A DNA stretch of 64,000 nt from contig JABVCE010000005.1 in assembly GCA_014905635.1 (NCBI GenBank), forward strand, positions 1,054,001 through 1,118,000, in the 5' to 3' direction. A model generated the notes under the pieces. The model searched no databases. It saw only the letters and a list, made by a program, of their open reading frames with translations, and had not been told where the DNA came from. A program made the position numbers and the translations under genes. Origin of the DNA: Scenedesmus sp. PABB004 (taxonomy: Eukaryota). Shown here one piece after another: positions 35,628 to 47,185 of this stretch. Numbering within the stretch: position 1 is the stretch's first letter; each line of letters starts with the position of its first letter.

Positions 35628-37310
35628 ATGCAGCTGAAGCGGCCGCGGCCAGGCAGCAGCTCTGCTGCTGCGCCGCTCGACGCCGCAGGCGACGTCTCGG
35701 CCTCGCAGCTGCTGCGCAACGTGGAAAACCTGCTGGCCGGCGGCAGCGGCGGCGGTGGCGCCGACGCCGGCGGCCCCGCCGACGCCACGCCGGCGTGCGC
35801 GGGCGGCAGCGGCAGCGCGAAGCGGCGGCGGCGCTCGGCGATGCCGGTGGCGTCGCTGTTCGGCGAGGCCGGCGCCAGCCAGGCGCAGCAGCAGGAGGAG
35901 CAGCAACCAGCGCAGGACGACGGCGTGGACCTCGACACGCTGCCCTGGCTGCAGCAGGAGCGCACGCCGCCGGCGATCGGCTGCGTGCTGGCGGGCGTGG
36001 ACCCGCGCCCCGGCGCCGCGCCGGCGCCGCCGGCGGGGCTGCGCCGCACGCCCGCCAGCGGCGGCGCGCTGCAGCGCCCGGCGCCCGGGCGGCAGCGGCA
36101 GCGGCAGCAGCAGCAGGCGGTGGGCGGCGAGGAGGAGGATGAGGACGTCATCGACGGCGGCAGCAGCAGCGAGGATGACTTCTTGCCCTCCGCGCCCTCG
36201 CGCCGCGGCCGCGGCGGCAGCGCCGGCGCGCCCGCAGCAGCGGCGGCGCTGCGCGCCGCGGCGCCGCCCGGCGGCGCCGCGCCCACGCCGCTGCGGCTCG
36301 CCGCGCCGGGCGGCGCCGCGCGCGCGCGGCAGCAGCTCACGCCGCCGGGCGCGGCGGGCGGCCTGCAGCCGCTGCGGGCGCCCGCGAGCGCGGGCAGCAG
36401 GGGCACGCCCGGCGCCGCCGGGCAGGGGGAGACCGACTGGCAGCCGCCCAAGCACCGCGCGGCGCCGGCGGCGGCGCAGGCGCAGACCGCGGCGCAGCAG
36501 CTGCGGCACCTGCTGGGCCAGGCGCCGGCCGCGCCGCCGCCGCGCGGCGACGGCGGCGGCGGCTGTCCGGGCGGCGCCCCCGCCGCAGCGGCGCCGCCGG
36601 GGCCGGGCCCCGCCGGCGGCGCCGCGCCGTGGTGGCTGGTGCTGGACGATTTTGTCCCAGTGGAGGTGCTGGTCGAGCGCCTGGTCAACCCGCGGTGCGC
36701 GCCCGCGGCCCCGCTCGCTCGGGGTGCAGGGCAGCGCGCGCGCCAGACCCTGCCCTGCCAACTCCGCGGCCCCGCCCGCCCGCCCGCCCGCCCGGCTGCC
36801 AGGGACAATGCGATCGTTCACATTAACTACAAGAGCCAGTTCAAGGACGGCGGCGCAACGGGCACGCCCGCCGGCGGCGCGCGCGCGGGCGGCGCGGGCC
36901 GCGCGCGCGGCAAGGGCAGCGCCGCCGCGGCGGGCGGCGGCGCAGGCCGCGCGCGCGGCAAGGGCGGCGCCGCAGCCGCCGCCGCCGCCGCGGCCGGGGG
37001 CGGCGGCTTCGTGTCGGCCGCCGTGCTGGCGCAGCTCACGGGCGCCGGTGGCAAGGGCGGCCGCAAGGGCCAGGGCAAGGCCAAGGCCGGCAGCAGCGGC
37101 GGCGCCAAGGCCAAGGGCGGGCGGCGGCGCAAGGCGCGCGCGAGCAGCGCCGGCAGCGCCGGCGGCGGCGGCGCCGGCGGCGGCGCGGACCTCGGCCGCT
37201 GGCGCCACGTCAACGGCGAGCGGGTCTACACCGACCCGCAGGGCACGCAGCACCGCGGCTTCGCGGCGAGCGCCGCGTGGAAGAAGGCCAAGGCGGCGGC
37301 GGGGCGGTAG
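35628..37310 (+). CDS. Hypothetical protein, mostly disordered, with a structured C-terminal patch
   Basis: Long ORF with coding-like composition and a probable intron at ~36695-36802. Patches WWLVLDDFVPVEVL..NPR|DNAIVHINYKSQF and GRWRHVNGERVYTDPQG, plus a Lys/Gly-rich basic tail. Confidence 0.6.
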   Translation: MQLKRPRPGSSSAAAPLDAAGDVSASQLLRNVENLLAGGSGGGGADAGGPADATPACAGGSGSAKRRRRSAMPVASLFGEAGASQAQQQEEQQPAQDDGVDLDTLPWLQQERTPPAIGCVLAGVDPRPGAAPAPPAGLRRTPASGGALQRPAPGRQRQRQQQQAVGGEEEDEDVIDGGSSSEDDFLPSAPSRRGRGGSAGAPAAAAALRAAAPPGGAAPTPLRLAAPGGAARARQQLTPPGAAGGLQPLRAPASAGSRGTPGAAGQGETDWQPPKHRAAPAAAQAQTAAQQLRHLLGQAPAAPPPRGDGGGGCPGGAPAAAAPPGPGPAGGAAPWWLVLDDFVPVEVLVERLVNPRCAPAAPLARGAGQRARQTLPCQLRGPARPPARPAARDNAIVHINYKSQFKDGGATGTPAGGARAGGAGRARGKGSAAAAGGGAGRARGKGGAAAAAAAAAGGGGFVSAAVLAQLTGAGGKGGRKGQGKAKAGSSGGAKAKGGRRRKARASSAGSAGGGGAGGGADLGRWRHVNGERVYTDPQGTQHRGFAASAAWKKAKAAAGR

Positions 37311-37694
37311 CGCACGCGGCGCGCGGCGGCCGCGTGTTCAGCGCGGGGTTCAGCGGCGCAGGCCCCGCGGTTCACTGCCGGCGCAGCCTGTGTGACCTCT
37401 GCGCCTGAAGCTCCGCAGGGCAGCACGCACCGGTCGCTGAGCCCACCGCGACGCCGTCCGCGCGCCCCGACAGCCACAGCAGCGCGAGCGCTCGCTGCCG
37501 CCGCCCCAGCGCCCGCCGCCGCTCGTTCCCGTGCTGGCCGTGTGAGGAGCTCCAACCGCTGCACCCCGCGTGAGCAGCGGGGTCGGGCCTGGTCCCCCAG
37601 GGACTGGTGGACCGCAGAGATGGATTGCGCTGTCCAGCTACAGCCCCGCTGAGATCGCCAACAGCAGCAGCACCAGCAACGGCTTCACAAAGTC

Positions 37695-39093
37695 ATGGCG
37701 GCGTGGCGCGCCGGAGCGTTCCTGCTCAAAGGCCTGAACGCCTTCACGGCCGCGGGCTACGAGCGAGCGGCTGCGCGCTTTGACAACTCTTGCATGCAGT
37801 CGTCCCTGGCGGGCCGCGTCTGCATCGTTACGGGCGCCAACAGCGGGTGGGCTGCGCTGCCTGCCAGGCGCTGGCGCCGCCGCCGGCCCGCCGACCTGCC
37901 GCCCGCCCACCCGCCCTCGTGCAGGCTGGGCCTGACCACCAGCCACGAGCTGGCGCGGCGGGGCGCGACGCTGTGGATGTTGTGCCGAGATGAGGCGCGC
38001 GGCGCGGCGGCGGTCGCGGCGGTCGTCGCGGAGAGCGGCAACCAGGACGTCCATCTGGCGGTGTGCGACATCAGCAGCCTCGCCTCGATCGCGGCGTTTG
38101 CGGCGCGCTGGGGCGACCGGCCCTGCCACGTCCTGGTCAACAATGCGGGCGTGCTCGTGAGACGCGCCCGCGCGGCGGCCGGCCCGCAGGGCGGCGCGCC
38201 CCGACGCGGCCGGCGGCAGCTCACACGCGCGCGCCGCGCGCGCGCCGCAGCTCAACGAGCGCGGCACGACGGCGGAGGGCTTTGAGGCGTCGTTTGCGAC
38301 CAACAGCCTCGGCACCGCCGCGCTGACGGCGCGGCTGCTGCCCGCGCTGCGCGCCGGCGCGCCGTCGCGCGTCATCACCGTCTCCTCTGGCGGCATGTAC
38401 ACCGGTGTGGGCACGGCGCGCGCGGGCGGCGGCTGGCTGCAGCGCGCGCGCCCCTGACCCCGGCACTCACATGCGCGCGCGTGCGCCGCCGCCGCCGCCG
38501 CGGCCGCCGCCGGCGCAGCCAAGCTGCACCCCGACGACTTTGACGGCGCCGGCATCACGCCCTGGGATGGGTCTGTCGCGTACGCGCGCGACAAGCGGCG
38601 CCAGGTGGCATTGACGGAACACCTCGCCGCGGCGGAGGCCGCGCAGGGCGTGCTGTTCGTGTCGATGCACCCCGGCTGGGCCGACACGGAGGGCGTGCGC
38701 ACCAGCATCCCCGCCTTCCACAAGGCGCTCGAGGGCCGGCTGCGCAGCCCAGCGCAGGGGGCCGACACCATCGTGTGGCTCGCGCTCGAGGCGCGCGCCG
38801 CGCGCCGCCGCCGGTCGTCGCGCGCTCGCGTCGTCCGGCTGCACTCCTCTCACACGCACCCGATGCACCCGCAGGACGCGGCCAAGCTGCAGCCGGGCGC
38901 CTTCTACCTCGACCGGGCTCCCCAGGCAAAGCACCTGCTGCTCGGGGGCACGGGCTACAGCGCAGCGGACGCAGCGGAGCTCTGGAAGAGGCTGACGCAG
39001 CTGGCGGGGCTCGACGAGCGCGGAGGCGCCGAGGCAGCCGCGGCCGGCGGCGGCGGCGTGACGGCTGGCGCGGACAGGGTCGCCGCCTCATGA
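37695..39093 (+). CDS. Short-chain dehydrogenase/reductase, DHRS12-like, 5 exons
   Basis: GRVCIVTGANSG|LGL (TGxxxGxG), VLVNNAGVL, RVITVSSGGMYT, AYARDKRRQV (YxxxK) and SMHPGWADTEGVRTS. Confidence 0.88.
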
Positions 39094-39147
39094 GCTGTGT
39101 GCTGGGGCGCGCGCGTGCTGGGGCGTGAGTAACACCGCGCCCGCCAG

Positions 39148-42100
39148 CTACCGCCCCACCGGCGCGGCTGCTGCCGGCTCCGCCGCCGCCGCGGCCGCGG
39201 GCTGCGCGGCCTCGGCCTCCCCCGCCGGCGGCCACGCCGCCCCGCCCAGCGCGGCCTGCACGTCGGGCGACATCGCGCCGGGGATGCTGTGCTGGCGCAG
39301 CACGTCGGCCGTGCCGGCGACCGCCTGGCGGCGGTCAAGAATGATTGTTTCGCTGCGGCGGCGGGCGTGCGCAGCCGTGAGCAGGGTGTGCGCGTCCGCG
39401 GCTGCAGCGCGGCGCGCAGCCCGCCCCCCGCGAGGCCTGCGAGCGTCCCCTCCCTCACCACCACACACACATACCTGTACTCGCAATCGAAGCGCATGTG
39501 CTCGTCGCCGCAGGCCGCCACAAGCTGCGCGAGGTGCGCCAGGTTGAGGAGCGGCGTGCCGTTGAACGCTATCACCTGGCGACGCGCGGCGCGCGGACGT
39601 GCGGACACGCGTGAGCCGCTCCTCGGCGGCACTCCCCCGGGGGGGGGGGGGGGGGGGGCGCGGCGCGGCCGGCAGCAGTTCAGATTGCCCCGCGCCGCGG
39701 TGCGCCGCCGCGCCTGGACGTTTGACCAGTCCTCGTATCCGAGCGTCGCGTCGTGCGCGAGCACCTGGCCGAGCAGCACCACCTCCTGCCCCGCCGAGTC
39801 GGGCAGGCCGTGGTAGAGGCGCTCGAGCAGCTTGACCGGCGCGTCGCTCATCCACTCCGCCCCAAACTCGCTCTCCAGGTAGGGCTCGCACAGGCTGGTG
39901 AAGACCAGCCCGCTGACCACGAGGTACGAGGGGTCGCGGTTGCTCAGGTGCGGCGGCACGAGCACGCCCGGGCGCGAGAGCCTGCGCCGCGCGACCGGCC
40001 GGCGGCGGCGGCGGCGTGGGGAGAGAGCGCGCGGGGCGGCGGCCGCGCGCGCGCTGCTGCAGGCGGCGTGAGGGCCAGCGCGCGGCACGCGGCGCGGTGC
40101 GGCGTGTGGTGCGCTCACGTGACGTCGAGCGCGCGCAGCTCGCCGGCGCGCAGCACCTCGAGCCGCGCGCTGTCGCCGACAAACTTGTTGCTAATGAGGT
40201 AGCTGAAGGAGATGCGCTCGCCGGTGCTGCGCGCGGGTTCAATCACACGCAGCGCAGCAGGGGGCAGGCGGCGGGCGCGGCGGCGGCCGCGGTGCGGGGT
40301 CGGGGCGCGCGCGCGCACGTGGCGGCGCGGCGCTGCGCCCGCGGAGGCGTGCGGGCGGTGCGCGGGGCGCGCACCGGAACGGCACGGTGCCGTCGCAGGC
40401 GATGGCCTGGCCGTCAAAGCTGAGCAGCACGTCGTCCGCCGCGAGCGCCGCGGCGGCCGCGGAAGTCGGGTTGACGCGGCGGATGAGCACGCCTGGCGGG
40501 GAGGGAGCAACGGGGGGCGGCACACGCGCGCGCGTGTGGGCCGCCCCGCGCGCCGCGCGCCGCGCGCCGCCGCTTGCACACCGCGCGCGCCGCGCGCACC
40601 CTTCTGCCCCGGCGCCATGCCGTACGCGGCGCGCAGCGGCGCGCTCTCCATGCGCTGCCACTGGATGCCGAGCGCCGGGAAGCCGGTGAAGGCGCCGTGG
40701 GTCATGTAGTCCTTGAGGAAGTGGCTCACCACGCTCGTGGGGATGACGTAGCCCACGTTCTCGACGTCGCTCCCGCTCAGGCCCTGGAACGCGATGCCCA
40801 CGCACTGCCCGCGCTTGTTGAACACGGGGCCGCCAGAGTTGCCGCCGTTGATCGCTGCACGCGGCGCGGCGCGGCGCGGCACCATGGCGGGCGGCGCGGC
40901 GCGGCGCGGCACCATGGCGGGTGAGGGCTCAGCGCGGCGGCGGCGCGGCGGCGGCGGCGCGGCGGCCCGGCGGAGTGGGGCGCGGCGCGGCGCGGCAAAC
41001 CCACCGGCGTCGATCTGCACGCCCAGCAGGTCCATCGCGCCGTGGCTGTACTCGGTGACCTCGATGCGGCTCACCACGCCCACGGTCACGCTGATGGTGT
41101 CACCGCCTGCGCGGCCGGGCGGCGCGGGGCGGCGGCGGCGTCGGCGCGCTGCGCGGAAGCTCGCCGGCCCGCCCAGCGCCGCGCGCCGCGGCGCGCACCG
41201 ATCGGGTAGCCGACGACCGCGACCGTGTCCTGCAGCCTGCAGGACGGGCGGCGGCGGCGGCGGCGGCGCGCACTCAGCCCGCCGCGCCGCCGCGCGCGGC
41301 CCCCTCGCGCCGGCGCGGCCGCGGGCCCGCCCCGGCCGGCGCCCGCGCGCGCGCGCGCACGCGCACCGCGGCAGCGGGCCGAACTCGAGCGGCGCGACGC
41401 CCTCCCAGAACGCGGCGTCGTCGACGGTCAGCAGCGCGATGTCGCAGTCCACGCCGAGCGCGAGCACGCGGGCCAGGAACTTCTGGTCGTCCCCGCGGCG
41501 CTTGACCTTGATCTGCAGCCCGGGCGCGCGGGGGGGGGGGGGTGGAGGGCAGGGCAGGGCGCGCGGGGCGGCAGGTGGTGGCGGCGGTGAGCGCTGGCGC
41601 CCGGGCGCGCCGGGCGGCGGGTGCCCTGCCGCTGCCTCGGCCTGTCTGCCTGGCACGCTGCGGCGCGGGTTCCCCCCCCCCCCTTGCCCCTCGCGCCGCG
41701 CCGCGCCGCGCCTGCGTGTGGTAGTCGACGCTGTGCGCGTTGGTGAGCAGCCAGCGCTCGCCGCGCGCGCCGGCGACGATGAAGCCGGTGCTGGTGGACG
41801 TGAACTGGCGCTTGCGCTGCCACGGCAGGCTGTAGTTGGGCTCCGTGTGCACGCAGTGCACCTTGACGACTGCGTCCATGTACGGCGCCTGTGGCGGGGC
41901 CCCCAGCGGCGAACGTCGCGGCCGCGGCAGGCGCCGGGCAGCCCGCGCGCGCTGGCGGCAGGCGCAGCGGCCGGTCAGCTGGCGCGGCCGGGCAGCGGCC
42001 GGGCGCGGGAGGCGCACCAGGAAGTTGTCCTCGTCATCGTCGTCGTCGCCAAACTCCTCGTCCTCCAGCAGGTGCACCGCCGCCGGCGCGGCCGCGGCCT

Positions 42101-42480
42101 GCTTCGCCGCCGCGGCCTGCTTCGCCGCCGCGTGCTTGGCCGCCGCCGCGGCCGCCGCCTTGCTCTGCTTGAGCTTGCCCTTGCCGCCGGCCGCGGGGCG
42201 CGCGCCCGCCAGGCGCGGCGGCCGCGCCGCGGCGCCCGCCGGGCTGCGGAGCGCGCCGCCGGCGACGCGCGGCGCCGCGGCGCGGCCGCTGCTGCTGCTC
42301 GGGACCAGCGCCTGCATCAGTCCGCGACCACTGCGGTGGCCGGCGGCGCCGGCGGCAGCGGGCGCGTGAGCGGCGGCCAGCGGCGAGCGCCCGCGCTGCC
42401 GCCGCGGGTGACGCTGCGGCCGGTGCGGCCGCTGGCGACCTCCCGGCGCACCCTAGTGACCCCATCCAGCACGCGGCCAT
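39148..42480 (-). CDS. Deg/HtrA serine protease with PDZ domains, Deg9-like; start uncertain
   Basis: [25 protein letters not shown], catalytic triad LTNAHSV / DCDIALL / INGGNSGGP, then [24 protein letters not shown] and [12 protein letters not shown]. Stop TAG at 39148. Confidence 0.9.
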
Positions 42481-42902
42481 GGCGCCGCGCAGCCCCCGCG
42501 CAGCCGGCGCGAGTGGCCGCCGGGCTGCTGCCGCCGCTGCTGCTGCTGCCGCTGGGGGCCTGCCTGGATGTCGCTCGGCAACTCCAGCGAGTACGTGGAC
42601 TGCCTGCCAGGCCGGCGCGGGGCTGGCGTGGTCCCCCCCTGCGCAGGGAGAGGGCGAGGCTGCCGGCGGCGCTGAGCCCTCTGCCGTCCACAGCCCTGCG
42701 CCCGCCTTTGGCGCTGCCCCTCGCGCGCCGCACTGCGCGGCGTGCGGCGCTCCAGCTCAATTGCCGTCAGCGAGCGCTCGATCACGCGCCCAATCAGCGC
42801 TGCCGCTCCGCCGCTCGCCGCTGCTGCCTCGCCCCGCGCCGCAGTCCCATGCGAGGCGCCCTGGGCCCCGCGCGGGGGTCGGCCTGCAAAGTGCCCGGCA
42901 GG

Positions 42903-44506
42903 ATGCAGCCCGCCAGCGGCCGCGCGTGTGCGCTGGGCGCCGGCGGCGGCGGCGGCGCCGCGGCCGCTGTCGGCACCGCGGACGCCGCGGCGCGCATCCA
43001 GGAGCTGGAGCAGGCGGCCATGGCGGCGCACCGGGAGGCGCAGGAGCTGAACAAGGCGGGCCGCTTCGAGGAGGCGGCTGCCAAGTACGCTGAGATGCGG
43101 GCGCTCGACGCGGAGGCGCTCGACGCCACGCAGTCCCTCGGCTGCCCGAGCTGCCGCGTGGCGGCGGAGCCCGCCGGCGCCGCGCCCGAGGCGCCCGCCG
43201 ACGCCGCGCTGTACGGGCAGCTTCACGCGCTCGCGCCCTGGCCCGGCGCGCGCGCCGGCGGCGACGGCGGGCTGACCGTGGCGCAGCGCGCGCTCGGCGC
43301 GATGCTCGGCAGCTGCGTCGCGGACGCGGCCGCGACGCCGGTGCAGTGGATCTACGACACCGAGCGGCTGCAGCAGCTGCTGCAGCAGCGCCAGCAGCAG
43401 GACGGCGGCGGCGGGGCGGGGCTGGAGTTTTATGACCCCGTACAGAGCCCTTTTTTGGAGAATTACGCGACCGGCCGCAGCAGCCCGTACGGCGAGCAGA
43501 CAGCGCTGCTCGCGCGGTCGCTCGCCGAGGCGGGCGGCCTCGACGCGCGCGCCTACGCCGCGCTGTACGAGGCGAGCTTCGCCGCGCCCGGCTACGACGG
43601 CTACAGGAACGCCAGCACGGTGGTGCGCGCGGCGCGCCGGCGGCCGGCCCGCGCCACGCCTGGCCGGGGGGCCCCGCGCCGTACCAGCCTGCGCGCGCCC
43701 GCCCCGCGGCGCCGCGCCGCAGGCGGTCCTGCGCAACGCTGCGCGCGGCGCCGTGCCGCCGGCCACGGGCGCGGACGACCAGCAGGCCGACTGCGTGGCG
43801 CGGCTGGCGCCTCTCGTCGCGGCGTTTGGGGGCGACGGCGCGCCCCTGATGCGGATGGTCGAGGTGGCGACGCGCGTGACGCAAAACACAGATGCGGCGG
43901 TCGCGTGGGCGTGCGCGGGCGCGGCCGTGCTCGAGCGGCTGCTGCTCGGCGCGAGCGCGGCAGACGCGGTCGCCGACACGGTCGCGGAGCTGCAGGCAGG
44001 CGGCCCGGGTGCGCGGCGCCGGCGGCCGATGCCGCGCCGCGCCGCGCCACGTGCGCGCGCGCGCGCACTGAGCCGCCGCCGCTGCCGCTGCAGGCCGCAT
44101 GCCGGAGCCCGAGCTCGGGGCGGCCGTCGGCGGCCACCTCGCGGCCGCCGCCGCGCTGGCCGAGCAGCCGCACGCCGCGGTGGTCGACCAGCTCGGGCGC
44201 TCGTGCCACATGCCCAACGCCCTCCAGACGCCGCTCCACGCCGTGCTTCACCACGAGCGCCTGGCCCGCGCGCGAGGCCCGCTCGACGAGCTGGACGCCG
44301 CGGCGCGGCAGGAGCTGTTCACGGCGGCCGTGCGAGGCGCCATGGCCGCGGGCGGCTGCTCGGCCAGCCGCTGCAGCGTCGTCGGCGCGTGCCTCGGCGC
44401 GCTGCTCGGCCCCGACGCGGTGCCCCAGGCCTGGCTGGCGCGCACCGCGGTGGCGGCCGACCTGCGCGGCTGGGCGGGCGCGATCGTCGCGGCGCGTGGC
44501 GCGTGA
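42903..44506 (+). CDS. ADP-ribosylglycohydrolase family protein, selenoprotein J/crystallin J1-like (Cys form), 3 exons; start uncertain
   Basis: RALGAMLGSCVADAAATPVQWIYD, GRSSPYGEQ, GADDQQAD, ATRVTQN, GRSCHMPNAL and AGGCSASR...GACLGA..G..AVPQAWL. Confidence 0.8.
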
Positions 44507-44755
44507 CGGGGGCTTGGCGGCGGCCAGCGCCGTGCCGGCGCGCGAGCACGCCGCAGCGGCCCACCTCGAGCGCGCCGAGCCGGTGGTCGCTCTGAGTGGA
44601 GCTGGAGCTGCCGGAGCCTCTCGCGAGCTGCGCGGGCGCTCTGGGTGCGCGGCCAGGCCCCGCGCGCTCGCGCCCAGCTCGGCCAGGGCGCGCGCGACCT
44701 AGCCGGCTGGCCTGAGGTCGCGAGCGGGCCCCTCTCACCACTGGAGGCAGCGGCC

Positions 44756-46611
44756 ATGCCGGCCGCGGTGCCGGCGGAGCAGCGGCGGCCGCGCGCAGCG
44801 GTCCCGCGCTGCTCGTGCGCGCGGTCGCCGGCGTCGCAGCTGGCCGGCGTGTTCGCGCGGTTTGAGGCACTGTTAGAGCAGGAGCAGGAGCCACGGCTGG
44901 GCAGCCTGGGCGTGCAGAGCGGCACGGCGCTGAGCGAAGCGGCGCGCGGGCAGCTCGCGGCGCTGGCGGCGCGTCTGCACACGCTCGCGGTGGACGACGT
45001 GGGGGCCGCGGACGCGCTGCTGGCCGCCGCGCGCGCCCTCGCTCCGCGGCAGTTCCAACGTCTGCAGGTGCGCCGCGCGTGCGGGAGGCCCGCGCGGCCG
45101 GGAGCCGGGCGCGGGGCGGCGCCGCCACCGCCGCTCGTCGCGCCGCGTGCCGCAGACGCTGCTCGACACGCTGGGGCACGAGGAGCTGACGGACTACCTC
45201 CGCCTGCTCGTGAGCACCACCCCCGCCGGCGGCCACGGCCGCAGGCGCCGCGCCGGCGCCACGACGGCGGCGCGGGGCGGCGCGGCGGCGCGGGGAGGCG
45301 CGGCGGCGCCGGGCGGCGCCGGCCGCCGCGCGGTCGGCGCCGCCTGGCAGGGCCGCGCGCGCGCGGCGGCGGTGGTGCTCCACGCCGGGGACGACGGCGA
45401 CGACGGCGGCGGGGGCCCGCGACGCGCGGAGCGGCGGAGCTGCTGCGGCGCCGCGCGCGCGCCAGGTGCGGGCGCGCCGCCGTCACGGGGCGGGCGCATC
45501 GCGCGGCGGCCAAACTATCCAGCAGCGGCCCCGCCCGTGCCGCTGCTGGCTGACGGCCGCCGCACAGCAGCCACCGCGCGGAGTTCTGCACCGCAGCCGC
45601 CCGCCAGGGCTGCGGGGCTTTGAAGCCGCGCGACAGCCCCGCGCTCCTCGCTGTGCCCGCTTCAACCCTGCCCGGCGGCCGCCGCGCCAGAGTCGTCGCT
45701 CACGCCCGCCGCCGCCCCCGCGCCGCCGACCAGGCCTGCGCTTTGCGTCGCTGCTGCCGCCCGGCGCGCTGCTCACGAAGACGGCGGAGAATCTTCAGCG
45801 GCGGCGGGAGTTTGCGGCCGCGCTCGCGCAGGCTGCGGCGGCGGCGCAGGCGGCGGCGACGGCCGCGCCCGCGTGCGCCCTGGAGCCGGCGCGCCAACAG
45901 CAGCCCGGCGCGCAGCTCGACGGGCAGCGCCCGCTGTCGCCCCGGGCGCCGCCGCCTCCGTGCGGCCGCGGCAGCGCGCAGCCGGGCGACCCGGGGCGGC
46001 CCAGCTCGCCGTTCAAGTGGTCTGCCGGCGGCGACGGCGAGGCCTGGGGCTGGGCGCCGGGCAGCGCGGCGGCGAAGCAGCGACCGGGCGCATGTGCCGC
46101 GCGGTCGGCGTTTGTGGCGCCGCCGCGCGGCGTCGAGCAGCTCTGGCGCGACGGGCAGCACGGGGGCGCCCGCTCGGAGGAGCCCTCCACCGTGCTGCTG
46201 CTCACGTCGGGCGCGCTGCTGGTCACGCCGCGCGCGCCGCGGCCGCCAGCGCCCGCTGACGCCGCGGCGGCGGGTCCCGGCGGCGGCGGCGGCAGCGCCG
46301 CGAGCAGCAGGCGCGCCTCCACGACGGCCGCGAGCCGGCCAGGCAGCGCCCGCGCCGGTGGCGGCGGCGGCAGCAGGCGATGCAGCCGGCCGAGCAGCAG
46401 CGGCGGCGCGGCGGAACCAGGAGGCGGGGCCGCGCCGCCACGCCCGCCGTCGCCGCCCGGCAGGCGCGCGGCCGCGGTCGGCGTCGCCGGCCTGGGGCTG
46501 GGCGGGCTGCCGGCGGGCGGCGCGCGGCCGGGCAGCGCGATGAGCGCGCGCTCGCGCCCGGCCAGCCCCGCGAGCCGGCTGCGCGCGTCGGTGCGGGGCG
46601 AGCTGGCGTGA
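44756..46611 (+). CDS. Hypothetical protein; exon structure uncertain
   Basis: Coding-like segments LAGVFARFEALLEQE...QFQRLQ|TLLDTLGHEELTDYLRLL (intron ~45068-45155) and an Ala/Pro/Ser-rich 3' ORF ending at TGA 46611. Family not recognised. Confidence 0.45.
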
Positions 46612-47185
46612 TCCTGGCGTCGAGTGCGTAGATGATGCAACCGAGCTGCGCGATCGCCGCCAAGAGAGCACTCTCAGCGCCGGCCGGCGGCAGCTCGCGG
46701 CGGTCGGCGGCCAGCCGCGGCGCGGCGCGGCGCAGCGGGCCCGCGTGCCCCGACGCGAGCTTGGCCGATCGTTGAGAGGACTAACGCCCTGGCGCGGCCG
46801 GCGGGTCGGCACCCGCCCGCGCCAAAGACCCGCCGCCGCCCGCGCGGATAAAGCCCCCGCGCCCTCGCCGGCCGCACACCGCCTCCTCTTACCCTCACGC
46901 GCCCGATCAGAGCCAACAGGCGCGTCATCGACGCGCGCCTCGCGCGCCCGCGGCCCGACCTCGCACGGCCGATCCCCGCAGGTGGGCGCGCGCGGGCCGC
47001 CCTCAGCGCACGCGTGTTCCCGTGGCCGTGCCGGTCGCGCGCCGCTGCGGCAGCGCGCCGCGCGGCCGCGCGGCCGCGCCAGCGCGCGCGCGGCAGCACC
47101 CGCCGCCAGCCGCCGTCCGCGCCCGCGGCGCCCCGCAACCCGCCTCTCGCGCCCACATTGGCACCTCCCGCCACGCGGCAGGCCC

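Noticed and set aside
40861..40920. 30-nt tandem duplication in a Deg intron, and a similar short duplication at ~52455-52510
   Set aside because: Two copies with no spacers; local slippage, not a CRISPR array or mobile element.
42903..44700. Selenoprotein (in-frame UGA plus SECIS) in the SelJ-like gene
   Set aside because: The candidate position is TGC (Cys), and the spliced frame needs no in-frame TGA.
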